Part shown: piece by piece, positions 18,911 to 27,416 of the stretch
Numbering within the stretch: position 1 is the stretch's first letter
How the letters are laid out: each line of letters begins with the position of its first letter
NCBI GenBank assembly: GCA_048268245.1
Contig: JBLWVX010000033.1
Coordinates: forward strand, 1-28,863
Length of the DNA: 28,863 nucleotides
DNA from: Arcobacteraceae bacterium
Lineage (GTDB): Bacteria; Campylobacterota; Campylobacteria; Campylobacterales; Arcobacteraceae
Direction: 5' to 3'
Position numbers and translations under genes: made by a program
Notes under the pieces: generated by a model
What the model saw: only the letters and a program-made list of their open reading frames with translations
What the model was told of the DNA's origin: nothing
The model's database searches: none

Positions 18911-19570
18911 TTGAAAAATAAAGCAATAATTTTTGATTTAGATGGAACATTAATAGATTCACTAGAAGATATTGCCATCTGTATGAATCAAGTTCTCATC
19001 GAATTAAACCTACCACATCATAAATTAAACGATTATAAAAACTTTGTAGGTGGTGGTATTGATTTTCTTGTAAACAATGCTTTACATGAAGATACAAGCG
19101 AAGAGGTAAAAGAAGAAGTTACAAATAGATTTAAAGTTGTATATGACCAAAAACTTCATGCCAAAACTAAGCCTTATGATGGGATTTACGAACTATTAGA
19201 AGAGCTTGAAAAAAGAGATTATAAAATAGGTATATTATCAAATAAACCCCATGAATTTACTCTTGCTTATGCAAATTCATTATTCTCTCAATTTAATATA
19301 GAAGAGATTCATGGACAAAAAGCGCATATAGAAAAAAAACCAAATCCAACTGCTGCTATACAAATAGCAAATAGTTTTGAAATTCCTTGCGAAGATATTT
19401 ATTTTGTTGGAGATACTCAAGTAGATATGCAAACAGCAAAAAATGCTAATATGAAAGGTATCGGTGTTCTTTGGGGATTTAGAACTAAAGAAGAATTAGA
19501 AGAGAGTGGAGCTTGTTTTTTAGTTGAAACCCCACTTGATATTTTAGATATTTTAAACCAAAGTAAATAG
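18911..19570 (+). CDS. HAD family hydrolase (phosphoglycolate phosphatase-like)
   Basis: Motif I 'FDLDGTLIDS', 'LSNK', 'KKPNP', 'VGDTQVD', 'VLWGFR'; TTG start after AAGGA. Confidence 0.9.
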   Translation: MKNKAIIFDLDGTLIDSLEDIAICMNQVLIELNLPHHKLNDYKNFVGGGIDFLVNNALHEDTSEEVKEEVTNRFKVVYDQKLHAKTKPYDGIYELLEELEKRDYKIGILSNKPHEFTLAYANSLFSQFNIEEIHGQKAHIEKKPNPTAAIQIANSFEIPCEDIYFVGDTQVDMQTAKNANMKGIGVLWGFRTKEELEESGACFLVETPLDILDILNQSK

Positions 19571-19573
19571 TAT

Positions 19574-20389
19574 TTACTCTGGTTTTTTATATCCAAGATT
19601 TTCTAAAATATTCATCACACTTAAATTATACTCTTCAGCTACAGTTTTAAATTTATCATCTACTTTTGCTTTAACTCCTAAAGAATCCAATTTATCAATA
19701 AACTCTTCTGTACTTATTTGTAAAGTTGAGGCAACCTCTTTTATTGTTTTTTTACCAAGTCCTGTTAAAGGAATGATTTTATTACCTTCTTTCTCAAAAT
19801 TAACTCTTAATAAATCATAAATGAATTTAGGGCTAACTGCATTTTTTTCTGCAATTTGAGAGAGGCTTTGTTCTTCATCAAAAGATATTGAGTTTGATTT
19901 TAAAAGCTCTTTGCTCTCTTCTAAATCAAAACCTAACTTTGATGTAAATGTTTTTAATGAAGATAGTTCAGCATGAGAATAAGGTGCACTTCCATACTCT
20001 TTCTCCCAAGAATCTTTTATTTGAGTACCAAAATTTAAAAAACTTGAAAAAGGAGCTACTTCACTTAAAGTACCTATAATAAATACTATTGAAATACCTA
20101 GAGCAACTAATGTATCTTTTGTAAAAAATACAAACTCTTTACTTTTATTTTTCATATAGCTTACCATAGGCTTGAAATTATAAAAAATATGTAAAATTGT
20201 CGCTACAACAAAAAGAACCATAAAAGTAGAATGAACTTGTGCATACTCTTCTTTTGTAAGACCTAGGATTTCCCAGTTTGACCAATTTGCTATTCTTCCA
20301 GGAGGAGTTATAAAAAGAATAATCCCTGTATATGTCATTATTAACATTGCAAAAAGCATTGTAAGTGATGTTATTTTCTTCAAGCTCAT
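19574..20389 (-). CDS. DUF4405 domain membrane protein
   Basis: 'TGIILFITPPGRIANW...LGLTKEEY..VH...LHIFYN' with two TM His residues; repeated helical C-terminal domains. Confidence 0.72.
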   Translation of the reverse strand: MSLKKITSLTMLFAMLIMTYTGIILFITPPGRIANWSNWEILGLTKEEYAQVHSTFMVLFVVATILHIFYNFKPMVSYMKNKSKEFVFFTKDTLVALGISIVFIIGTLSEVAPFSSFLNFGTQIKDSWEKEYGSAPYSHAELSSLKTFTSKLGFDLEESKELLKSNSISFDEEQSLSQIAEKNAVSPKFIYDLLRVNFEKEGNKIIPLTGLGKKTIKEVASTLQISTEEFIDKLDSLGVKAKVDDKFKTVAEEYNLSVMNILENLGYKKPE

Positions 20390-20487
20390 AAGAATTCCTT
20401 ATAGTTTTATCTTTAAATATTATTATATAATATTTTTTAATTTTTTTATATTAAATTTTAATGTTATAATTAATAAAAAGATTAAAT

Positions 20488-20730
20488 ATGAAAACAGAAT
20501 ATAAACCTGTAGCTTGTCACTTTTATGATGAGCTTGAAAGTGCAGCTGTAAAAAGAAAACTAAATACTATCATTTTTATAAATAAGCAAGGAAATAAAGA
20601 AACTATAAAAGATTTAATAGTTGATTTTAAAACTTTCGAAAAACAAGAGTTTGCTATTTTAAAAAGTGGTTTGAAAATAAGACTTGATAAAATCATAAAC
20701 TTTAATGAGCTAGACCCAAAGAGGTTCTAG
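20488..20730 (+). CDS. rof: Rho-binding antiterminator Rof (YaeO) family protein
   Basis: 'YKPVACHFYDELE' and 'IRLDKI' match the Rof pattern (YxPIxCxxYDxLE...IRLDxI). Confidence 0.75.
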   Translation: MKTEYKPVACHFYDELESAAVKRKLNTIIFINKQGNKETIKDLIVDFKTFEKQEFAILKSGLKIRLDKIINFNELDPKRF

Positions 20731-20751
20731 TTCTTTTTATTTATTTCAAAG

Positions 20752-20780
20752 GTTGTATATGCAACTATTGCATATACAAT
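20752..20780. promoter_or_regulatory. Double MarR-type operator
   Basis: TTGTATATGCAA-CTA-TTGCATATACAA, a perfect 12-bp inverted repeat. Each half is itself a near-palindrome. It sits just upstream of the marR RBS. Confidence 0.75.
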
Positions 20781-20792
20781 TTAAGGAATATT

Positions 20793-21218
20793 ATGAAATA
20801 TGAACTACATGAATCAATTGGATTTAAAATAAATCAAACAGCAAACAAACTAAATAGTAAGTTCTCACAAGTTTTACAAAAATATGATATAGCTCCTGAA
20901 CAAAGGGCTACTTTAGAGATTATAAAATACGAAGAAGATGTAAACCAAACAAAAATATCCCAAACTCTAGGAAAAGATAAAACTACAATAAGTAGAGCTC
21001 TTAGAACTTTGGAAAATAAAGGGCTTATTATTAGAAATAAAGCCGATAGAAGAACAAATATAATAAAACTAAACTCTAAAGGGGAAGAGGTTTTAGAAAA
21101 AAGCCAAAAAGAAGTAAAAGAGTTTAGACAAAACATAATAGAAAATTTATCAAATGAAGAGTTTAATACTTTAAAAACACTACTTGAAAAAGTAGCTTCA
21201 AATGTAGAGTGTAAATAA
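20793..21218 (+). CDS. MarR family transcriptional regulator
   Basis: 'NQTKISQTLGKDKTTISRALRTLENKGLIIR...DRR...KLNSKG' winged HTH. Confidence 0.93.
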   Translation: MKYELHESIGFKINQTANKLNSKFSQVLQKYDIAPEQRATLEIIKYEEDVNQTKISQTLGKDKTTISRALRTLENKGLIIRNKADRRTNIIKLNSKGEEVLEKSQKEVKEFRQNIIENLSNEEFNTLKTLLEKVASNVECK

Positions 21219-22363
21219 TGAGAAAATCAATAAATCATATTTATCTTATTGTTTTATTATCTGCTCTATCATCAGTAGCACCAATGGGAGTAGATACTTA
21301 CCTTCCTTCTATTCCACAAATAGCAAAATATTTTAGTGTAAGCATTGAAAAAATTGAACTTTCACTATCCATTTTTCTTATTGGTTTTTCTATTGGGCAA
21401 ATCTTTGGAGGACCTATTTCAGATAGATATGGAAGGAAAAAAGGTTCAATTGTTGGATTATTAGGTTTTAGCTTCTTTAGTTTTTTAATAATCTTCTCTA
21501 CAAATATTTATGAGTTGTGGGTATATAGATTCTTTGAAGCCTTTTTTGGTGGTATTGTGGTTGTTAACGCAGCAGCAAGTGTAAGGGACAGATTCCACGG
21601 GAAAGAAGCCGCAAAAGTATTTTCACTAATGGGTATGGTAAGAAGCCTTGCACCTATGGTTGCTCCTTTTATTGGTGCATTTATAATTCACTTTTATAGT
21701 TGGAAAGCTGTTTTTGTATTCTTAACTGTTTACTCATTAATTATTGCTTTTTTAGTTTACAAAGATTTAGAAGAGAGTTTTACTTATGTAAAACAAAATG
21801 TTTTTAACTCCTTTAAAATTGTACTAAGTAACTATGAAGCAGTAAAATATATGCTAGTTCTTGGTTTATCTTTTGGAGGATTTTTTATACTTATTTCAAA
21901 AAGTTCTTTTATTTATATAGAACATTATGGAATTTCAACTGACTATTTTCCTTTCTTTTTGGGAGTAAACTTTGTGGTTTTAATGGCACTTATTAGAGTA
22001 AATGTCTCTTTACTTAAAAACTTTACTACAAAACAAATAGTTAAGTTTGCCCTACTTGTACAAATAATTTCAGGAGGTTTGTTTTTACTAAATCATGAGT
22101 CTATTTCTCTTGTTTTCACAGTAATCTTAATAGCTTGTTATATGGGTGTTATGGCTTTTGTTTTTGGTAATTGTTTAGCTTTAGCTATTGAGTTTTTTCC
22201 TAAAAATGCTGGAGTTGCTTCAAGTGTTATTGGGGTTTTACAGTTTGGATTAGGAGCGATTGTTTCATCAATCTCTTTAAGTTTTACAGATCATACTTTC
22301 TTGCCAATTGCTATAAGTATAACTATCTCTTCAATTTTAGCTATTTTGCTTTTAAGAAAATAA
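21218..22363 (+). CDS. Bcr/CflA family multidrug efflux MFS transporter
   Basis: 'DTYLPSIP', 'GQIFGGPISDRYGRK', 'AGVASSVIGVLQFG'; TAATG coupling to marR. Confidence 0.92.
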   Translation: MRKSINHIYLIVLLSALSSVAPMGVDTYLPSIPQIAKYFSVSIEKIELSLSIFLIGFSIGQIFGGPISDRYGRKKGSIVGLLGFSFFSFLIIFSTNIYELWVYRFFEAFFGGIVVVNAAASVRDRFHGKEAAKVFSLMGMVRSLAPMVAPFIGAFIIHFYSWKAVFVFLTVYSLIIAFLVYKDLEESFTYVKQNVFNSFKIVLSNYEAVKYMLVLGLSFGGFFILISKSSFIYIEHYGISTDYFPFFLGVNFVVLMALIRVNVSLLKNFTTKQIVKFALLVQIISGGLFLLNHESISLVFTVILIACYMGVMAFVFGNCLALAIEFFPKNAGVASSVIGVLQFGLGAIVSSISLSFTDHTFLPIAISITISSILAILLLRK

Positions 22364-22390
22364 GTATAAAGTCTAAAAGACTTTATACTT
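22362..22390. terminator. Bidirectional terminator between convergent genes
   Basis: AAGTATAAAGTCT-AAA-AGACTTTATACTT, a perfect 13-bp stem overlapping both gene ends. Confidence 0.72.
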
Positions 22391-22763
22391 CTAAGTCAAA
22401 AAACTGCTCTTGAGTTTTTTGGTATTTTGCTACTGAACAAGAGATTTTGATTGCATTATCATAATCTTTAAACTCATCTAAAAATAGTTTCTTTAGTTTT
22501 TCTACATCTGTAGTTCTAAAAATAAAATATCCTAGAATATCAGAACTTCTCGAACCTGGCTTTTCTATACCAAAGCTATCAAACTTCCAATGCACACCCT
22601 TTGTAAAAAAGAAAACTTCTTTTATTCTTTTTTTTAAGTCTGCTCTAACATTATCGTTAAAAGCTTTTAAATGTACATAAAAAGCAACATTTGTATTAAA
22701 TTCATCTTGAATTAATTTTTTCTGACTATCAGTAACTGGTTCTTGTGTTATTTCACCACTCAT
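22383..22763 (-). CDS. Hypothetical protein
   Basis: 126-aa ORF with AAAGGT RBS and a terminator; no family recognised. Confidence 0.7.
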   Translation of the reverse strand: MSGEITQEPVTDSQKKLIQDEFNTNVAFYVHLKAFNDNVRADLKKRIKEVFFFTKGVHWKFDSFGIEKPGSRSSDILGYFIFRTTDVEKLKKLFLDEFKDYDNAIKISCSVAKYQKTQEQFFDLEV

Positions 22764-22932
22764 AAAATACCTTTTTACTATAATATTTTTGTAATTATAT
22801 AGAATAAATATAAGAATAAGGATAAATCTGCAACTTAATTATAAATTTAATATAACTTATCTATCATACTTTATTATTATTTTAATCTCTTAGGTATATA
22901 ATAAGTATAACTTCTAATAAAAAGGCTATATT

Positions 22933-23775
22933 ATGAACTTTGAAATAGATACAGAACAATTAATATGGAAAAGTGAATATAATATTGGTAACTTACAACT
23001 TGACAAAGAGCATCAACAGCTATTTAATATTGCAAGAAAAGCATTTAATGTAAATAAACTTGAAGATGAAAAAGTAAAACTACAAGAGTTAAAAACAATA
23101 GTTAAAGAACTATTTGAATATGTAGGTCATCACTTTAATGATGAACAAAAATTTATGGAAAGAATTAAATATCCCCATCTTGAAGAACATAAAAAGCTAC
23201 ATACTAAAATGATTGATATATTAAAAAAAATAATAAAGGACTTTAACACTCTTGACATAACAGAAATTGAAAAGAAACTTTTTTTATTTATAGATAGTTA
23301 CTTTATAAAACATATTATTTTAGAAGATAAAAAAATCCAACTTTGGCAAATGCCTCTTGATGAGTTAAGAAAAAACTTTGGATGGAAACATATATATAGT
23401 GTAAATAACTCAAAAATAGATCAAGAGCATAAGCAACTTTTTGATATAGCAAAAGAAGCCTTTAAAACTGTAGATAGTAAAGATAGAAATAAAAAAATTA
23501 AATCAATTTTAGTTGAACTTTATGATTATATGAAAACACATTTTAATGATGAAGAAAAATATATGAAAGAAGTAAACTATCCAGAACTAGAAAACCATAA
23601 AAAAATTCATAAAGGAATTATTGGTAAGTTAAACAGTTTTGTTAAAGAACTTCCTAATTTAAAACCTGAAGTCTTTGAAAAAGAGCTTGCGATAATCATT
23701 GATTTAACCCTTGTTCAACATATTATTCAAGAAGACAGAAAAATCATAAGATGGCAACAAAGTAAACAATCATAA
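22933..23775 (+). CDS. Tandem (two-domain) bacteriohemerythrin
   Basis: Two repeats of W...Y..G/N...D.EH..LF...HF.DE...M....YP....H...H...HI..ED. Confidence 0.9.
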   Translation: MNFEIDTEQLIWKSEYNIGNLQLDKEHQQLFNIARKAFNVNKLEDEKVKLQELKTIVKELFEYVGHHFNDEQKFMERIKYPHLEEHKKLHTKMIDILKKIIKDFNTLDITEIEKKLFLFIDSYFIKHIILEDKKIQLWQMPLDELRKNFGWKHIYSVNNSKIDQEHKQLFDIAKEAFKTVDSKDRNKKIKSILVELYDYMKTHFNDEEKYMKEVNYPELENHKKIHKGIIGKLNSFVKELPNLKPEVFEKELAIIIDLTLVQHIIQEDRKIIRWQQSKQS

Positions 23776-23871
23776 CTTTTATTTATGATTTGTTTATAAA
23801 TTATTTATATATTTCTTAAAGAAAAATTAATCTGCTTTCCTATATCATATAAAAAAGTATAAGGAAAACTA

Positions 23872-24387
23872 ATGAAACTAAAGTCACTTTTATTAATATC
23901 TTTTTTAAGTTTAAGCTCACTTTTTGCACAAGACTTTATAAGTTATAAGCAGTTAACAAGTAAACTTATAAAAGAAGATAAAAAAGCTGGAAACTACGCT
24001 AGTGATGAAGATGTAAAGAAAGCTTTAAAAGCAAAAGATTGGCTAGTTGTAGATGTAAGAACAAAAGAAGAGTGGTCATCAGCACATATAAAAGGAAGTG
24101 CAAGAGTTGGAAGACAAGCACCTGAAAAAGCACTTGAACTTTTTGTATATGATATGGATGACAATTTTGTAAAAAAGAATTTGATTGTAGTTTGTAATAC
24201 TGCAAAAAGAGCATCACTTGAAGCACAAACTTTTAGAAAGATGGGGTTTAATCAAGTAAAAATTTATGATATTTATTCATGGATTGATAACTGTAACCCT
24301 GTAGCAACTGGTTATTCATCAAAAAAAGATAAATCAGGCACAAAAAATAAGTTTGGATTTTACTACGCAGAACACTGTAAGAAATAG
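23872..24387 (+). CDS. Exported rhodanese-like domain protein
   Basis: Signal peptide; 'VVDVRTKEEWSSAHIKGS' and active-site loop 'VCNTAKRAS'. Confidence 0.85.
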   Translation: MKLKSLLLISFLSLSSLFAQDFISYKQLTSKLIKEDKKAGNYASDEDVKKALKAKDWLVVDVRTKEEWSSAHIKGSARVGRQAPEKALELFVYDMDDNFVKKNLIVVCNTAKRASLEAQTFRKMGFNQVKIYDIYSWIDNCNPVATGYSSKKDKSGTKNKFGFYYAEHCKK

Positions 24388-24425
24388 AGCTTTTCTCCAA
24401 GTTCTCTTGGCAGAAAACTCTTTTA
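24386..24425. terminator. Imperfect hairpin terminator between the rhodanese gene and the photolyase remnant
   Basis: AGAG-C-TTTTCT-CCAAG-TTCT-CTTGG-C-AGAAAA-CTCT followed by Ts. Confidence 0.55.
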
Positions 24426-24426
24426 T

Positions 24427-24914
24427 TTAAAATTTAAAAAACTTGTCTAAGCTTTTCTTATCATTTCTAAAATCAAAATAAATCCAGCAAGAAGATTGAC
24501 TGTGATAGGTCATCCTTGCTGAAATATTACCGGCTGATAAATAAGGTGAAAACTTAGTAGAGTTATCAAAACCACTCATAGTATTTTTAGTGTCCTTATA
24601 TCTATGGATATTATTCATATAATCCTCTAATCTTTGTTTAGCTCTATGTTCACCTGCTTCGAAAATATGGCACTTTTAGACTATGAAATCATAGTTTACT
24701 AAACTGTACTGTTTCAAACTCTACTGTTTTTACCTTATTTGGTAATCCTAAGGGTTTTGGAATTTCTAATTTTTCAGCTTTATTTCTAAAATGACTAAAA
24801 CTTTTTATAAAATCAAACTCAAATGGCTCTCTCATTGCTCTTTGAGGCATAATATAAACTTGGGTTGTCTTCTACTCGAAGATTATTTCTAAATATAACT
24901 ATGGCTAACTTCAT
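24427..24914 (-). pseudogene. Degraded photolyase/cryptochrome (DASH-like) pseudogene
   Basis: Three out-of-frame fragments: 'MKLAIVIFRNNLRVEDNPSLYYA' (24914 to stop at 24819), 'EPFEFDFIKSFSHFRNKAEK' ending in a premature TGA, and 'FEAGEHRAKQRLEDY...YKDTKNTMSGFDNSTKFSPYLSAGNISAR...WIYF'. Most of the gene is deleted. Confidence 0.85.
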
Positions 24915-24974
24915 ATAAACATTTTAATATAAATCCCTATTTATTGATAGGTAAAAAATGTCTTTCAAAATGAT

Positions 24975-25358
24975 TTATTTATGCAATTGAAACTTTTTTT
25001 TATCTATATAGTTTCTACAATCAATACAAAATTTTGCATGTGGTTTAACTCTAAGTCTTTTGATAGTAATCTCACTATCACACATTTCACAAAGTCCAGT
25101 ATATGTACCATTTTCGATTTTTAGTAGTGCATGGTTGATTAAACCTAACTCTTTTAGTTGTTGGTTTTTGATATGAGTATCATTTGTATAGTCTCTACTT
25201 GCTGCAGCGAAGTCTGCTTCATCATTTAAATCCATATTACTTAATGAATCATGTTCATTTGAAATACTTCTTAATGTAGATTCGATTTTAGCTTTATTTT
25301 CTAAAAGAAGATTCTTAACTTCTTCAATATGTTTTTTACTTAAAGCTTTTTTTGGCAT
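24975..25358 (-). CDS. dksA: DksA/TraR family RNA polymerase-binding C4 zinc-finger protein
   Basis: Coiled-coil tip 'DEADFA' (DxxDxA); 'ALLKIENGTYTGLCEMC...RLRVKPHAKFCIDC'. Confidence 0.85.
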   Translation of the reverse strand: MPKKALSKKHIEEVKNLLLENKAKIESTLRSISNEHDSLSNMDLNDEADFAAASRDYTNDTHIKNQQLKELGLINHALLKIENGTYTGLCEMCDSEITIKRLRVKPHAKFCIDCRNYIDKKKFQLHK

Positions 25359-25424
25359 TTATTTTCCTATAATTTCTTTATATTTTACAATAATGCAACT
25401 TAGTCGCATATAAAGAAAGATGTT

Positions 25425-25616
25425 ATGAATATATTTTTAAGTTTTATAAAAAAAGCAATAAATGATAAAAACTATGTAAGTTTTACTTATGAAGATAAGT
25501 TATATAAAAGTATACAACCCTTAAAACTATCAAACAATGAACAATTACACACCAATAAAGGTACTTTCCAGTTCTCAAAGATAAAGAACCTAACTGTTTT
25601 AAAAGATAGATTTTAA
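25425..25616 (+). CDS. Small hypothetical protein resembling a minimal WYL/Sm-like domain
   Basis: 'IKKAINDKNYVSFTY...IQPLKL...FQFSKIKNLTVLKDRF' follows the WYL N- and C-terminal patterns. Confidence 0.55.
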   Translation: MNIFLSFIKKAINDKNYVSFTYEDKLYKSIQPLKLSNNEQLHTNKGTFQFSKIKNLTVLKDRF

Positions 25617-25726
25617 TATCATCAATACTTATTGCGCGATGGATTATACTGTATTAAAAACTATCGCATGAAAAATAACAATATACTTTTTATACAGTTT
25701 TAACATAAATAAAAAATGGTGAAAAA

Positions 25727-26548
25727 ATGAATACAAATGATTTAATGAACAAAGCCTTAGAGCTTGCAAACCTAGATGAAATGCCTTATGATACAAATAT
25801 TATAGTAGAAGGTGAAGATATAAAAAAAGTACTTATTGGAGTTGATATGGAAACTCCTGAACTACTTTTAGCACAACAAATGGGCTATGACTGTGTAGTA
25901 TCACATCATCCTAAAGCTGATTCATGTTTAGTTGATTTTGCAAAAGTAATGGATGTACAAATTGACAGAATGGTAAAAGCTGGCGTTCCTATAAACAAAG
26001 CACAAAAAGTTCTTAAAAAAAGACAAGCAAGTGTTGATTTAGGAAGTCATGCACTTAACTATGATAGAGTAAGTTCAGCAGCAAGACTTATGAAAATGCC
26101 TTATTTAAATATACATATTCCTGCTGATTTTATAACAGAAGAAATAGTTCAATCAAGACTAAATAAAGCCTTTGATGATAAACCCAAAACTAAACTAAAA
26201 GATATAATTGAAGAGCTAAATTCATGGGAATACTACCAAGGAAAAGTTGCACTACCTGTTATTAGAGTTGGTTCAAATGATGATTATGCAGGTAGAATCG
26301 AAGTACTTATGGCAGGTGGTACAAATGGTGGTGCTGAAGTTTATAAGGCGTATTTTGAAGCAGGTGTTGGAACTATTATAGCTATGCATATTCCAGAAGA
26401 TGTAAAAAAAGCTGTAGTTGAGCAAAATATAGGAAATATCATTATAGCCCCTCATATGCCAAGTGATAGTATAGGTTTACTTGAAATTGTAAAAGCTTGG
26501 AGACAAGAAGGTATAGAAGTTACTTGTATGAGTGGAATTGTGGAATAA
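25727..26548 (+). CDS. NIF3/DUF34-like dinuclear metal-binding protein
   Basis: 'IKKVLIGVD', 'VVSHHP', 'NIHIPAD', 'IAMH', 'APHMPSDSIG'. Confidence 0.7.
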   Translation: MNTNDLMNKALELANLDEMPYDTNIIVEGEDIKKVLIGVDMETPELLLAQQMGYDCVVSHHPKADSCLVDFAKVMDVQIDRMVKAGVPINKAQKVLKKRQASVDLGSHALNYDRVSSAARLMKMPYLNIHIPADFITEEIVQSRLNKAFDDKPKTKLKDIIEELNSWEYYQGKVALPVIRVGSNDDYAGRIEVLMAGGTNGGAEVYKAYFEAGVGTIIAMHIPEDVKKAVVEQNIGNIIIAPHMPSDSIGLLEIVKAWRQEGIEVTCMSGIVE

Positions 26549-26558
26549 TCCACAATTT
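26536..26558. terminator. Hairpin at the end of the NIF3-like gene (convergent pair)
   Basis: AATTGTGGA-ATAA-TCCACAATT, a 9-bp stem. Confidence 0.55.
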
Positions 26559-26570
26559 CAAACATTTTAA

Positions 26571-27038
26571 TTAAGAGTTAAAAACTTTAGAAATTAACTC
26601 TTTATAGGCTCTATCTATTTTAGAGTTTGCTTCTTCAATAGACTCACTATTATTTAACTGTGTTGATAAAACAACATTTAAACTATCTTCAATAGAATCT
26701 TCATCAGCAAATACTTCTACTTCATTTATTTTAGAGTATTGCTCAGAAATAAGTTTATTGAAATCTTCAATATCCATAAGCTCATCTTTATCTAAAATCT
26801 CAATAGATTTTGAAATAAATGCTTTATCATTTTCTTTGAACATATTTAATGAATATGTATCGTTATCGCAGTAAACTTCTACATTATCACAAATATCTGT
26901 ATTTTTTAATTTATAAAAATCACTTATATATTCTTTTTGAATACTTACAACTTCTACTATACTTTGATCTATAAAATTTCTTGTGCTGATAACTGTATCA
27001 TTAAGATAAACTTCCTTACCAATAATTCTTAGACTCAT
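26571..27038 (-). CDS. Hypothetical acidic protein
   Basis: 155-aa ORF with AGGAG RBS; D/E-rich; no family recognised. Confidence 0.72.
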   Translation of the reverse strand: MSLRIIGKEVYLNDTVISTRNFIDQSIVEVVSIQKEYISDFYKLKNTDICDNVEVYCDNDTYSLNMFKENDKAFISKSIEILDKDELMDIEDFNKLISEQYSKINEVEVFADEDSIEDSLNVVLSTQLNNSESIEEANSKIDRAYKELISKVFNS

Positions 27039-27108
27039 TTATGGCTCCTATGTTTTTATAGTATAATTTTACCATGTATAGGTGCAAGGGTGTGTCGCAA
27101 AACTGCTA

Positions 27109-27129
27109 TAATTTGTAATTTACAAATTA
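27109..27129. repeat. Perfect 10-bp inverted repeat in the long intergenic region
   Basis: TAATTTGTAA-T-TTACAAATTA. Confidence 0.6.
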
Positions 27130-27416
27130 GTATTAGTTTTAAAATTTTATTACAAACCTCATTATTTGGCTGTTATATTTAATGTTATTTAGCAATTGTA
27201 AAATAATGAAAGTATAAATTTTTTGACTTTATTGTTTATAAAATAGTCTTCTTTTTAATGAATTTCTTTATATAATTTTTGTTTATAGCTTGAATTGCTA
27301 TTTTATTTTTGGATTTTTGCTAAAAATACTGCTTTGTTTTTACGAAATATCTTTTTATACTAATATATCTATTTTTTAGTATAATATATTTATTGATTAA
27401 ATTGAAAGGATAAAGT

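Noticed and set aside
1764..21136. Short shadow ORFs (1764-1994, 3136-3330, 3740-3955, 4380-4619, 8839-9084, 8906-9103, 9670-9861, 11511-11696, 17026-17214, 17304-17516, 18576-18767, 20834-21136)
   Set aside because: All are antisense to well-supported genes, with no recognisable motifs or RBS.
24427..24618. 63-aa ORF as an independent gene
   Set aside because: It is the last fragment of the photolyase pseudogene; homology continues upstream of its ATG.
25630..25680. GCGATGG...CTATCGC stem upstream of the NIF3-like gene as a riboswitch (e.g. fluoride)
   Set aside because: Only a 7-bp stem with a long AT-rich loop; the remaining consensus nucleotides of riboswitches I know are absent.
23999..26455. 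Shadow ORFs 23999-24226 and 26273-26455
   Set aside because: Antisense to the rhodanese and NIF3-like genes; no independent support.
27040..27416. Hidden ORF, CRISPR array or difH site in the long intergenic gap
   Set aside because: No regularly spaced direct repeats, no convincing reading frame, and no match to the XerH dif pattern that I could see.
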